From: Chiloscyllium plagiosum
Lineage: Eukaryota
Direction: 5' to 3'
Length of the DNA: 34,589 nucleotides
Assembly (NCBI RefSeq): GCF_004010195.1
Contig: NC_057758.1
Location: forward strand, 9,491,611 to 9,526,199
Part shown: positions 23,404-34,589 of the stretch, piece after piece
Layout: each line of letters begins with the position of its first letter
Numbering within the stretch: position 1 is the first letter of the stretch
Position numbers and translations under genes: made by a program
The notes under the pieces: generated by a model
The model's input: the letters and a program-made list of their open reading frames with translations, nothing else
Databases searched by the model: none
What the model was told of the DNA's origin: nothing

Positions 23404-23710
23404 TTAGATTAGATTCCCAGCAATGTGGAAGCAGGCCATTCGGCCCAACAAGTCCACACCAACCCTTCAAAAAGTAACCCACCTCTTCTCTGACTAATAC
23501 ACCTCACACTATGTGCAATTTAGCATGGCCAATTCTCCTGATCTGCCAATCGTTAGACTGGGGGAGGGAACGGGAGCAGCCAGCAGAAACTTGCGCAGAC
23601 ACAGGGAGAATGTGGAAACTCCACACAAACAGTTACCGGAGGCTGGAATCGAACTTGGTATTCTGGTGCTGTGAGGCAACAATGCTAACCACGATGACAG
23701 CGTGCTTCCT
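23404..23710 (-). mobile_element. HE1-type SINE, decayed
   Basis: Reverse complement of 9090-9400: (TTAGA)n, TTCGGCCCAACAAGTCCACACC, TTTAGCATGGCCAATTC, GCAGACACAGGGAGAATGTGGAAACTCCACAC, TGCTAACCAC. Confidence 0.88.
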
Positions 23711-24719
23711 CATGCTGATCCTGTTACAGTTGTAGAGGAGTTTGTTTCAGCCACACTTGGAATACTGATTACAGATGTGATCACTGTATTACCAAAAGTA
23801 TTTGAATGCTTTGGGCAGAGTGCAGATGAGGTTCATCAGGATGTTGCCCGGGATGGAGGGTCCTGGTTATGAAGACAGGTTGAGCAGGTGAGGATTATTT
23901 TCATTGAAAAGACGGAGTTTGAGGGAGGATGTTATGGGGTCGACAAATTCTGGAGAGGTATAGACTGGGTAGATAGCAATAAGCTTTTTCCCAGAATCAG
24001 GGAATCAATTACTCGAGGTCATAAGCTCAACAAGAGAGGGAACAGTTTCAGGGGGATATGCATGGAGAGTTATTTACACAGAGGATAATTGGTGCCTGGA
24101 ACGCGTTGCCAGCGGAGGTGATCGAAACGGACACGATAACGTCACATAAGATGAACCAAAACTGATACATGAATGAGCAGAGGGATACAGATCCTTAGAA
24201 AATCGGCGACAGTCTTAGATAGAGGATCTGGATCAGCGCAGGCTTAACTAGGTGGAGGACCTGTTCCTGTGCTGTAATACTCTTTCAGCTTTGTTCTTTT
24301 GATGGGGATAGAGTAGGAATATTGTGTTGAGAGAGAGGATCAGACATCATTATATCGAGAGAGGGAGCAAAATCAGTTGATCGGGGGGACTACTGCAGTT
24401 CGCATTTTATGTTGGTTCCGATGGTTAATCGCATTCACTGATACACACGTTGTATAGGAAAAGTGCATTGAGGCGATTTTCCGCTATGAAATGAATGATG
24501 GAGCTCCAGTATCTCAAATGGCCTACCCCTTTCCTGATGTTTCTATGGTGACTGTGAGAAAGTTCCAGAAAACTTGACCTGAGATGTCCAATGGTAAGAA
24601 GGAGACCTCTGCAGGATCGACAGGACTGTGTCTTTCATTCTCTTTGCCAATATCGAGGCTTGGCTGGGTGTTATGGTCTGTTTTAATCCATTAAGACCTC
24701 AGAGCAATTTGACACAATT

Positions 24720-25000
24720 GAGTGTCTGGCTTGGCTGTTTCAGAGAGCATTAAAGAGTTTCTTGCATGTCTGTATATGTTGAGTCACTTTTTGGGCCAGA
24801 CAAGGACAACACGGCAGATTTGTTTCCTGAAAGTATATTATTGAAGCGAATTGGCGTTGAAAATTGACATCGACTTCAATGTTGACACCAGATTTTAAAT
24901 ATTGATATTTTATTAATTGTTTTTAACTTCCACCAGCGGCCAGAGGATCAGCCTGTTCTGGATAAATAATCCAGTGACACTTACAAACAGCACCATCTCC
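24720..25000 (-). mobile_element. Deu-domain SINE (SacSINE1-like), decayed
   Basis: GGCCAGACAAGG..CGGCAGATTT.TTCCTGAAAG..ATT.TGAA and ..CTGGATAAATAATCCAGTGACACTTAC..CACC resemble the reverse complement of the shark Deu-SINE as I recall it. Confidence 0.55.
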
Positions 25001-25169
25001 ACATAGGGACCTATCAGAAAGCACAATGATCAGGTTATTTCTGTGCTGCTTGTCGGCTCTGTCAAAAATAAACTTCCACCAATCTGACTATTGTGATTGT
25101 ACTGAGGTTGTGGAAATTGGTCAGTTTGTAATTATTCTCCTCTAATGGGATACAGCATAGTTGAACAAA

Positions 25170-25870
25170 TTTCTACATTGCCAGGTGAATGTCAGACTTA
25201 GACCTGGAATGGAAGAGCTTCCCGAGGGGCACAGCTTGTTGTACAGCGCAAGTTCTTAGTCCTATGAAGGAATTGTGTCAGGGTCCATTCTCTATGTCAG
25301 ACCTACTGTGTTCAGCTGTTTGTTGATGTCATGTGCAGAGAAATGAATTGCTTCATGATGGGAATCTGATTCTGTGGACATCATAACGCAGGTGAGCTGA
25401 ATTATTGACTCCACACGTCTGGCTGAGGATGGTGCCGATACGACATCCTTGTCTTTTGCAATGACGTGTAGGGCTATCCCATCTTTGGATAGGCGTATTT
25501 GTGAAGCCCTCCCGTCCAATGAGTTGTTTAATCGTCCATCACCATTTATGATTTGATGTGGTCGGACTGCACAGCTTAGATCTGATCGATTGGTTTTGGG
25601 ACCATTTTGACCTCCATATCAGATGTTTTCCTGCTGTTTGGAATGCAAACAGTCAGTCACGGTAGATTTAAGAAGTTGTCATCAGTTCGAGGTAAAAAAT
25701 GGTTCTGACACTGGCATGTTCACCTACACTTGTCACTGAAAGGGATAGAGGCTTGATTGCAATGACAGGCTAAGGGATTAGCTCCGTCAAAACGTTACAG
25801 ATTATCATTGAATACAATTCTGACTCTGCTGTGGTCCAGAGCACCACAACAATGCCAAGGATACTCTGTC
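25170..25870 (-). mobile_element. Old LINE fragment from a distinct CR1-group family (EN-RT linker)
   Basis: Minus reading ..IALHVIAKDK.., ..IHFSAHDINKQLNTV.. then GP..IP..L.TCA remnants. Confidence 0.6.
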
Positions 25871-25959
25871 CAAGAAGGGTCGGAGAGCTAGAACACCTGA
25901 AGATGCTAAAAATAGATTCTTGATCTTGAAATGAGTTGAACTCCACAAATAATTAGTCA

Positions 25960-27830
25960 TGAAAGAGGAGTGGTAGTCATAGAGGCTTGGACTCATGCGA
26001 TATAGAAACACAGCAAAACCTGACTATTCACCATATCATTATTCCTCATGATTTTATAAACTTCTGTAAAGCCACACCTCACCCTCCTGCACAAGAGGGG
26101 GAGAAATCCCAGGCTATCCCGATAACTTAAATTGGACTGTCTTGGTACCATCATTTTCAATAGTTTTTGCACCATTTCTAGTTTAGTAACATCCTTCCCA
26201 AACCAGAGCAAACAGAATTGAACACAGAACTACAAATGCGTCCTTACCATTGACTTGTACAGTCATAACATGACATCTCAATGTCTGTACTCACCGATCA
26301 CCGATAATAGTAAGCATGCCAAAATCCTCTTTCACTGCCCTGTCTTCTTGTGACACCACTTTCAAGGAACTATGTACTTGCACTCCTGGGTCTCGCTGTT
26401 CGACAACATTTCTCAGTTCCCTAACATTAATTGTATAAATCTTTCCCTGGTTTGTCGAACAAAGTGAAACAACTCACATTGATTTGCATTAAACTGCACC
26501 TGCATTTCCTTGGCCCACTGGCTTGGTTGGTCAATATCTCGTTGTCCTTTTTGATCGCCTTCCTCACTGTCCACCTTACCACCATGTTATTGTCATCTAA
26601 AAACTAACTATCCATGTTTTCTATATTCTCATGCAAATCATTTATATGAAAAGCAAACAACAGTGGGCGAACCAGCACTGGCTCTTGTGACATACCGTTG
26701 GTTACAGGACTTAAGTCAGAATAACAACCCTGTCGAAACACAGGTGGTTTCCTCTTGTTAAACCAATTTTTGTATCCAATTGCATAGCTCTCTGTGATCT
26801 CATTTGATCTCACCTAAACAATATTTCAAGCATGCGGAATGCGGTTGAAGGCCTGTCCACGTACTCGAGCACTTTGCACTCATCTATCTTCTGGGTCACA
26901 ATCAAGTTTGCTATGCACGTTTTCCCACGTGCAAAGCCATGATGGCAACCCCTAATCAGCTACTGTCCTTCCAAATACATGTAGTCCCTGTCATTTTTGA
27001 CCACATCCCTGCCCCTGAACACCCAGGCTTCCAGCACCTCACCCGTGGCTGTCCATGATATAACTATCTCTCTGGGAACCCCACAATATCTTTCCTAACT
27101 TCCCACAAAGTCATCGGACACACTTGATTTGCTCCCAGGCATTTGTCGACACTTTTGCATTTTAAGACATCCTCACATTCTTTTCTGTAATGTGAACAAT
27201 TTTCTATTAATTTTCCCGAATTTCCCAAGCTTCTATGTCTTCCTCTAGAATCAATAATGACGCTAAATATTCATTAAAGATCTCGCCATCACCTCTGGTT
27301 TAGCACCCATATGGAATAAGGGGTCCTATTCTCTCCCTGGTTATTATTTTGTTCGTAATATTCTTGTAGAATCTCTATGGAATTTCCTTTAACTTATCTG
27401 CCACATTTATCCGATGTCCCAATTTTGAACTCTTCATTTCACTCATAAGTGCATTCCTACATCCGCTATTCTCTGTAATGATTGCATGAAGCCACTTTTC
27501 ATACCTGACATTCTTCTTTATTTCTCCTTGACCACAGTCCCAATATCTCTGGTCATGCAGTGTTCCCTCCTTCTACCATCTTTGCGTTTCACACTAACAG
27601 GAAAAGGCCAGCACTGAACTCTCATTATCTCAGTGTTGAATACTTCTCACATACCAGATCTCCCTTCATTTTCAAACCACTACCTTAATCAACTTTCAAA
27701 GTTCCTGCCAACTACCGTCAAAATTGGCCGAGGTACAATTTAGAACTTCAAATTGTGAATCCAACCTAACATTTTCCATAAATATTTTAAAACGAACAGC
27801 AGTATATCACTGGTCCCAATGTGCACCCCT
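25960..27830 (-). mobile_element. Decayed CR1 ORF2
   Basis: Minus ORFs ..PVTNGMSQEPVLVRPLLFAFHINDL.. and ..KDVTKLEMVQK..LSYRD..TEVYKIMR. Confidence 0.8.
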
Positions 27831-28359
27831 GTTATCAACTCAGTCACTTGCCCTGCCTTATTTCCATGATCTTAGTGAAGAGCAAGGCAGGCTTGAGTGG
27901 TCGAACGGCCTACTCCTATGTCTGATGTTTTGATACTTTTTTGGGGAATTTAGTGGAAGTTATTTTCCAGGAAGTTCTTTTACTGAATGATGCAATCAGT
28001 GAGACCAGAGGATTTTGTGACCCATCACAGGGTGAGAGAAGGCGGCTGTATTTACAGTGAATATAGATCTACAGCATGACCAACAAATGAAACACAAGTT
28101 GCAGACAGCAGCTCTGAAAACAGAGACATGAGGGCTCATTCATATACAGTCTGTGTTTTCCAAGAACGTTTTACAATTCATTCCCGACATTATTCCTCAT
28201 TTTTACAGATCAAGGAATAGTCTGAAATGGCCATTCATCTTATTCCTGGAATTGATTCTGTTCATAGAAAATAGAACAGAGAAAGCAATACAGTGCTGTT
28301 CATGCTCCTCGGACCTCAATGTTGCGACGACCTGTCCAACCAATCTGGAGCAGATATAT

Positions 28360-29046
28360 TGTTATGAAGATGTGAGTGCACTGTTCATTTAAGAGAATGA
28401 AGAGCTGGCAGAACACCAAGTGTTCTGAACAAGATCTAAAATAAACTTCTGGTCCAGTCGCTAGCTTAGCTGGTTGCCTGAAAAAGACAAAACAGATTAG
28501 AATTAGGCCAGTCTGTTTAAAATAGTCCCACAAAAAACAAACTCCAATCTCATTTGAATTTAGTGTGCTGACAATCCGAAAAGCCAATGGCACAATCTGA
28601 TGCTTTGGGGTATAAGACCGGGGAGAATTGAACAGTTGGGAGGAGAACTGCCAAGGCATTAACATTTGCAGACTGCCCGGAGAGTGGCTCTCTGAAAGGT
28701 ACCTTTATCGATCAGTAACCTTGGAAACAGAAATCTCTAAGAAGAAAAGAAAAGCGAGGAAGATGTAAACATAAATCGACATCTGGCTGGTTTTGAAAAT
28801 TTAGATTTTAGGTAAATGGTAATCGGAGGTTTTATCAGACAAGTTTTCTAGAAGGAAAAATAAAAGTTAGTTCCGAGAAAGGATTTGTATATAGTTGTTA
28901 ATTAATTATTCTTCATTATGCTTTAAGAAACAAATTTGCTGATTTTTACTTTAAATCGTTTTTGGCCTCTAGTGTTCTCACAGATTACTGCACGGGATAA
29001 ATCCTTTCTGTATTGCTGGTTTTAATTAAGCAGGACGATTTAACCA
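28360..29046 (+). mobile_element. Probable 5' LTR of a Gypsy-type retrotransposon
   Basis: Starts TGTTATG (28360), ends TAAC(C)A immediately before a PBS-like motif and gag. The start boundary is inferred, as no second LTR is visible. Confidence 0.55.
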
Positions 29047-29049
29047 GTT

Positions 29050-29075
29050 TGGGCGCTCGTCGTCGGGATTTGAAC
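29050..29075 (+). promoter_or_regulatory. Primer-binding site, tRNA-Pro-like
   Basis: TGGGCGCTCGTCGTCGGGATTTGAAC versus the tRNA-Pro 3' complement TGGGGGCTCGTCCGGGATTTGAAC. Confidence 0.7.
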
Positions 29076-29538
29076 AGGTTTGGACAGATTTGAATAAATT
29101 TGCGAGTATGGAAAATCCCAGCAGATTTAAACCCTTACAGGTTGGTGCCATAGATCTTTAAATAAAACATAGGGAAGGCAATTGTTTTAATTTCTGCAAA
29201 GTGTGCTTAATTAAATTAAAAGCGAGAGAGCTTCTGGGATTTGAAGATGATTCTCAAATTTGCCAAGAAAATTTGACGAAAAGATAAAGGCATAATTTTC
29301 GAATTAGCAAGAAATTAGATTTGGGTTTAAACAGGGAGAAAAATAAAGCTGATATTGTATTGGAATTACTCAAAAACTAAAGTGACTCAGAGAAACACAT
29401 AATTGTATTAGAGGTAGAAAATCCAAAATTACCTTTGAGGAAAATGAAATTAGAAGATAAATAAAGGGATAGAGAAAGAGAAAGAGGGAGACAAGAGAGA
29501 GAGAGGATTGAGAGAGAGAGAAGGTTCTAAGCTAAGCA

Positions 29539-29790
29539 NNNNNNNNNNNNNNNNNNNNNNNNNNNNNNNNNNNNNNNNNNNNNNNNNNNNNNNNNNNNNN
29601 NNNNNNNNNNNNNNNNNNNNNNNNNNNNNNNNNNNNNNNNNNNNNNNNNNNNNNNNNNNNNNNNNNNNNNNNNNNNNNNNNNNNNNNNNNNNNNNNNNNN
29701 NNNNNNNNNNNNNNNNNNNNNNNNNNNNNNNNNNNNNNNNNNNNNNNNNNNNNNNNNNNNNNNNNNNNNNNNNNNNNNNNNNNNNNNNNT
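29539..29790. other. Assembly gap (N run)
   Basis: Run of N. Confidence 1.
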
Positions 29791-29863
29791 AGTGCTGAGG
29801 GGAAGGTTGGAAATGAGCTAAGGTGGGGGGAGGGGAAATGAGGAGAATGGTGAAGTCCACATT
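29791..29863. mobile_element. Short Penelope-like fragment at the gap edge, inside gag
   Basis: AAGGTGGGGGGAGGGGAAATGAGGAGAATGGTGAAGTCCACATTG resembles shark Penelope-like sequence and does not read as gag. Confidence 0.45.
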
Positions 29864-31212
29864 GTTCAGACTAAACTGTTAGGGAGAGCTAATGAGGTAT
29901 TTGCCGTGCTGTCAGATAAGGGGTCAAGGGCTTATGAAGAGGTTAAATTGGCTATTTGAAGTGTTTATGAATTGGCACCTGAAGCATATAGATAACTGGT
30001 GAAAATCATAAGAAGGAACCAGGTCTGACTTATGTTGAGTTCGATTTTGATCGATGGGTGCGTGCTTTGAAAATCGATGGGGCTTTTGAGGTTCTCTTAA
30101 AGAGTATTCTGCTGGAGGAATTTTAAACACGCTGCTCGAGATGGTAACAATTCACGTGGAGGAACAGACATTTCACGAAGTGAGAAGGAGCAGCAGAATT
30201 AGCATATAAATACATGTTGGGGCATTAAGCAAGCTTCCAGACAGAAATTTGTCCCATGGGGATAAAAGTTGGGAGAAGGGGGGATCGTACACCATTAAAC
30301 GAAGAGTAGAGAGCGCTGGAAACAATTTCACACAGGATTTAAAATAAACCAGACCAAGAGGGTGGGAGGGGGTGAAAGGCTTCTGGTGTTTCCAATGTTG
30401 TAAAGTGGGACACGTAGAGTCACAGTGCTAATCATTAAAGAAAGGCTTTGTGGGTAACAATGTGGTATAATAAGCGAAGCCAGTGGCTTTATCGATGGTA
30501 GTAAAGGAGGCTCCAAGAAGATCCAAGGTGCTGCAGGAGAGTGTGCAACCAAGGCGGGGCTGAGTGTGGAGTTGGTATCTGATCTCTACAAAGAACTTGC
30601 CTCTGTGGGTAAAGGTTACTCAGAAAGAGCAGGTGGAGAAGGGCAAGAAATTATAATTTTGATTCATACATGCACTCTTTCTGATCTGTGACCGGAGAGT
30701 GTGGTAATTTGTGAGATAGATTGTGGGATAGATTGACAGACATGTAGCGTTCCCCGATGCAAGATCTGGTTGAAATGCCAACTTCAAACTAGGAATGTTA
30801 CAGTGGGAATGATTGACAGAGTGTCAGTTCCAGGAATTCAGTTTGTTCTTGGGAATTATTTGGCAGGATCCAACGTGACATCCCTTGTTGTAGAGAAGCC
30901 CAAGGAAGACCAAAATGGTGAGGAGTTAAAACAGATTTCCCAGACTGTGTTATAACCAGATCCCACTATCATAGGTCACAGCACGAACCCAAAAGTAAAG
31001 AGAACGATGAAGGAGTTGAGGTTCAGTTAGTGAACACCCGTTTGACGTAGTGGTGCAGGAAAAGCCTGAACAGGCAGAGGGTCATATAGACGTATTTAGA
31101 CGTGAAAGGCTAAGTGACTTGCAACAGCAAGTCAAGACAATAAAAGATATATATGTGAATGCGTACTTTGAAAAGGAGGCAAGCATGGACTACATTCTAA
31201 ACGGTGAGAAAA

Positions 31213-31712
31213 NNNNNNNNNNNNNNNNNNNNNNNNNNNNNNNNNNNNNNNNNNNNNNNNNNNNNNNNNNNNNNNNNNNNNNNNNNNNNNNNNNNNNNNN
31301 NNNNNNNNNNNNNNNNNNNNNNNNNNNNNNNNNNNNNNNNNNNNNNNNNNNNNNNNNNNNNNNNNNNNNNNNNNNNNNNNNNNNNNNNNNNNNNNNNNNN
31401 NNNNNNNNNNNNNNNNNNNNNNNNNNNNNNNNNNNNNNNNNNNNNNNNNNNNNNNNNNNNNNNNNNNNNNNNNNNNNNNNNNNNNNNNNNNNNNNNNNNN
31501 NNNNNNNNNNNNNNNNNNNNNNNNNNNNNNNNNNNNNNNNNNNNNNNNNNNNNNNNNNNNNNNNNNNNNNNNNNNNNNNNNNNNNNNNNNNNNNNNNNNN
31601 NNNNNNNNNNNNNNNNNNNNNNNNNNNNNNNNNNNNNNNNNNNNNNNNNNNNNNNNNNNNNNNNNNNNNNNNNNNNNNNNNNNNNNNNNNNNNNNNNNNN
31701 NNNNNNNNNNNN
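31213..31712. other. Assembly gap (N run)
   Basis: Run of 500 N. Confidence 1.
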
Positions 31713-32157
31713 CTGACACACTCTGCTGTTTGTCAGGGACAGAAAAGTCGAGACCCAGAGCTCTGAATGCTTTATCCACTTACTGCTAAAATAAACTTAA
31801 AGTGTCAGACCGAATATCTTCTCCCATTGCTTCATTTAAAGAACACGCAGGACTTGGCTCACAGATAGAAGAAAGTAAGTTGGTAGATTGAGCCAAATTT
31901 CAACAATTGATAGTTATTTGTAACATGAGGCTCTTGATGCTTGCATTCTCCTGCTGTGTTTTTACCCATTTCTGTTCTCACTTCCCCAGTCACATTTTGC
32001 AACTTTTTAAACTGTTCCAACTTGTGGTTGAAACTGAGACACTAAACTCCGAGACATAAAGCAGGACACACATGCTTCAGCACAATTTCCTCCAGCAGCT
32101 TATTTTGCACTAACTCTGAAATAGCTGAACCCCAGTTCCTTCTTAAATCTTCTCCTG

Positions 32158-34589
32158 TTACAATAGACAATAGGTGCAGGAATAGGCCATTCTGCCCTTC
32201 GAGCCTGCACCACCATTCAATATGATCATGGCTGATCATTCCTAATCAGTATCCTGTTCCTGCCTTATCTCCATAACCCTTGATTCCCCAATCCTTGACA
32301 GCTCTATCCAACTCTTTCTTAAATGAATCCAGACACTGGGTCTCCACTGTCGTCTGGATGAAGAAGTTTCTCCTCATCTCTGTCCTAAATGGTCTACCCC
32401 GTACTTTTAAGCTGTGTCCTCTGGTTCGGCACTCACCCATCAGCAGAAACATGTTTCCTGCCTCCAGAGTGTCCAATCCTTTAATAATCTTATACGTCTC
32501 AATCAGATCCCCTCTCAGTCTTCGAAAAAAAGCGTATACAGGCCCAGTCGCTCCAGTCTTTCAGCGTATGGTAATCCCGCCATTCCAGGAATTGACCTCG
32601 TGAACCTACGCTGCACTCCCTCAATAGCCAGAATGTCTTTCCTCAAATTTGGAGACCAGAACTGCACACAATATCCCAGGTGTGGTCTCACCAGGGCCCT
32701 GTACAGCTGCAGAAGCACCTCTTTGCTTCTATACTCAATTCCTCTTGTTATGAAGGCCATCATGCTATTAGCTTTCTTCACTACCTGCTGTACCTGCATG
32801 CTTGCTTTCATTGACTGGTATACAAGAACACCCACATCTCTTTGTACTGCCCCTTTACCTAACTTGACTCCATCTAGGTAGTAATCTGCCTTCCTGTTCT
32901 TGCCACCAAAATGGATAACCATACACTTATCCACATTCATTCTGCCATGAATCTGTCCACTCACCTAGTCTGTCCAGGTCATCCTGTAACCTCCTAACAT
33001 CCTCCTCACATTGCACCCTGCCACCCAGCTTTGTATCATCAGCAAATGTGCTAATGTTACTATTAATAACATCTTCTATATCATTAACATATATTGTAAA
33101 AAGCTGCGGTCCCAGCACTGATCTCTGCGGAACACCACTGGTCACCGCCTGCCATTCCGAAAGGGAGCCAGTTCCCGAGCCACACATTCAAGTCCATTAT
33201 CTTCCTATTCCTATTCCTGGCCTCTCTAGCCCCTTGCATTGAAATAAATGCAGTTTAATTTATTAGCCTTACCTTGTCCCTGCCTGCCCTTACTGTTTGA
33301 CTCGCTTCTGTTCTCAACTGTACAAGTCTCAGATTGATCTCTTTCCTCACTATCTCCCTGGGTCCCACCTCCACGCGCCCCACCGCCCCCCCCCCTCAAC
33401 CTGCCAGTATATTAGTCCCCTTCCAATTTAAGTGCAATTTGTCCTTCTTGTTCCACAGGAACTGATCCTGAATCTATCGAACTCTGGAAAATAATCATCA
33501 ACACATCCACGATTTCTCGAGCCACCTCCTTCAGTACCCTGGGATGGAGACCATCAGGCCCCGGGGACTTATCACCCTTCAGACCTAACAGTCTCTCCAA
33601 TACCAATTCCTGGAAATATAAATTCCCTTCAGTTCAGGTCCTTCAGCCACTGTTACCTCTGGGAGATTGCTTGTGTCTTCCCCAGTGAACACAGATCTGA
33701 AGTACCAATTCAACTCTTCTGCCATTTCTTTGTTCCCCATAATATATTTCCCTGTTTCTGTCTTCAAGGACCCAATTTTAGTCTTAACCATTTTTTTCAT
33801 TTTCACATACCTAAAAAAGCTTTTACTATCCTCCTTTGTATTTTTGGCCAGTTTACTTTCGCACCTCATTTTTTCTCCACGTATTTCCTCCTTAGTAATC
33901 CTCTGTTGTTCTTTAAAAGCTTCCATTTTCCCACTCATTTTTGCGATGTTATACTTTTTCTCTTTTGACTTTATATGAAGAACCACCCCTGCCTCCTCAT
34001 AGTATCCTTCTTCCTCGCAAGGTTTGTAGCTCAGGTTGAGGTTCAGCAAGCAAACCTACACCCTAATCCTTCTTCCTTTTTGGAATGAACTGATCCTGCA
34101 TCTTCTGCATTATACCCAGAAATACCTGCCATTGCTCCTCCACTGTCATCCCTGCTAAGGTATTGCACCATTGAACTTTGGCCAGCCCCTCCCTCATAGC
34201 TACATAGTTCCCTTTATTCAACTGAAATATTGTCACTTCCGATTGTACCCTCTCCCTTTCAAATTGCAGATTGAAGCTTGTTGTATTATGGTCACTACTT
34301 CCTAATGGCTCCTTCACTTCGAGGTCCCTGATCAATTCTGGTTCGTTGCACAATACCAGATCCAGAATTGCCTTCTCCCTGGTAGGCCCCAGCACCAGCT
34401 GTTCTAAGAATCCATCTCAGAGGCACTCCACAAAGTCTCTTTCTTGAGGTCCAATACTATCCTGATTCTCCTAATCTACCTGCATGTTGAAACCCCCCCA
34501 AACAACTGTAGTAACATCTTTGCGACAGGCCAATTTCAGCTCCTGATTCAACTTACATCCGACATCCAGACTACTGTTTGGGGGCCTGT
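32158..34589 (-). mobile_element. Relatively young CR1 LINE ORF2 (EN to 3' tail), internally rearranged
   Basis: Minus ORFs [75 protein letters not shown]. Tail ACAATAGACAATAG at ~32160. Runs off the window end. Confidence 0.93.

Larger units (their letters stand above)
20470..24300 (+). mobile_element. CR1 LINE retaining 5' UTR and ORF1 start, endonuclease region deleted, RT decayed; hosts two nested insertions
   Basis: ORF1 from ATGGCAGGAGAT (20826) with ..RKCVQLQLLLDHMIALDLQMKSLWRIQDNEEVVD.. (Zn-finger/coiled-coil remnant). Jumps at ~21400 to post-EN ORF2. RT motifs NYRLVSLTLVV, QHGFV, YVDFSKTFDKV, SKFAGDN. Tail near 24290. Confidence 0.85.
29200..31212 (+). mobile_element. Decayed Gypsy (Gmr1-like) gag-protease region
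   Basis: VQTKLLGRANEVFAVLS..YEEVKLAI*SVYELAPEAYR (from ~29863), FDRW, LLEEF (SCAN-like capsid). CCHC knuckle CFQCCKVGHVESQC at 30387-30428. Protease C-terminal remnant VTVGMIDRVSVPGIQFVLGNYLAG. Many stops and frameshifts. Confidence 0.8.

Noticed and set aside
25078..25130. NLTIVIVLR, faintly like the TM1 continuation of a GPR139-like exon 2
   Set aside because: No AG acceptor, early stop and no downstream TM2/TM3 motifs.
29450..31779. Long ORFs containing X runs
   Set aside because: Artefacts of translating through N gaps.

Overview
Vertebrate, repeat-rich genomic DNA, most likely from a cartilaginous fish (shark). This is inferred from HER1/CR1-type LINEs, HE1-type SINEs, a SacSINE1/Deu-type SINE and shark-type Penelope-like remnants. 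Most ORFs in the track are decayed CR1 pieces or chance ORFs. The only host-gene signal is a duplicated unit (copy 1 ~131-2345; copy 2 ~5201-11480, split by TE insertions). It carries the first coding exon of a class-A GPCR resembling the shark-expanded GPR139/GPR142-like family. Copy 1 (401-707) is open, encodes a 14-aa (42-bp) tandem-repeat ectodomain and ends at a canonical phase-1 GT donor. Copy 2 is a pseudo-exon with a TE insertion, a frameshift and a GT>CT donor. I found no second exon encoding the remaining TM helices in the window. The rest is nested CR1 LINEs, SINEs, palindromic Penelope-derived elements with hammerhead-like cores, a decayed Gypsy-type LTR element and two assembly gaps. 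Family assignments are by recognition only; no searches were run, and TE boundaries are approximate.
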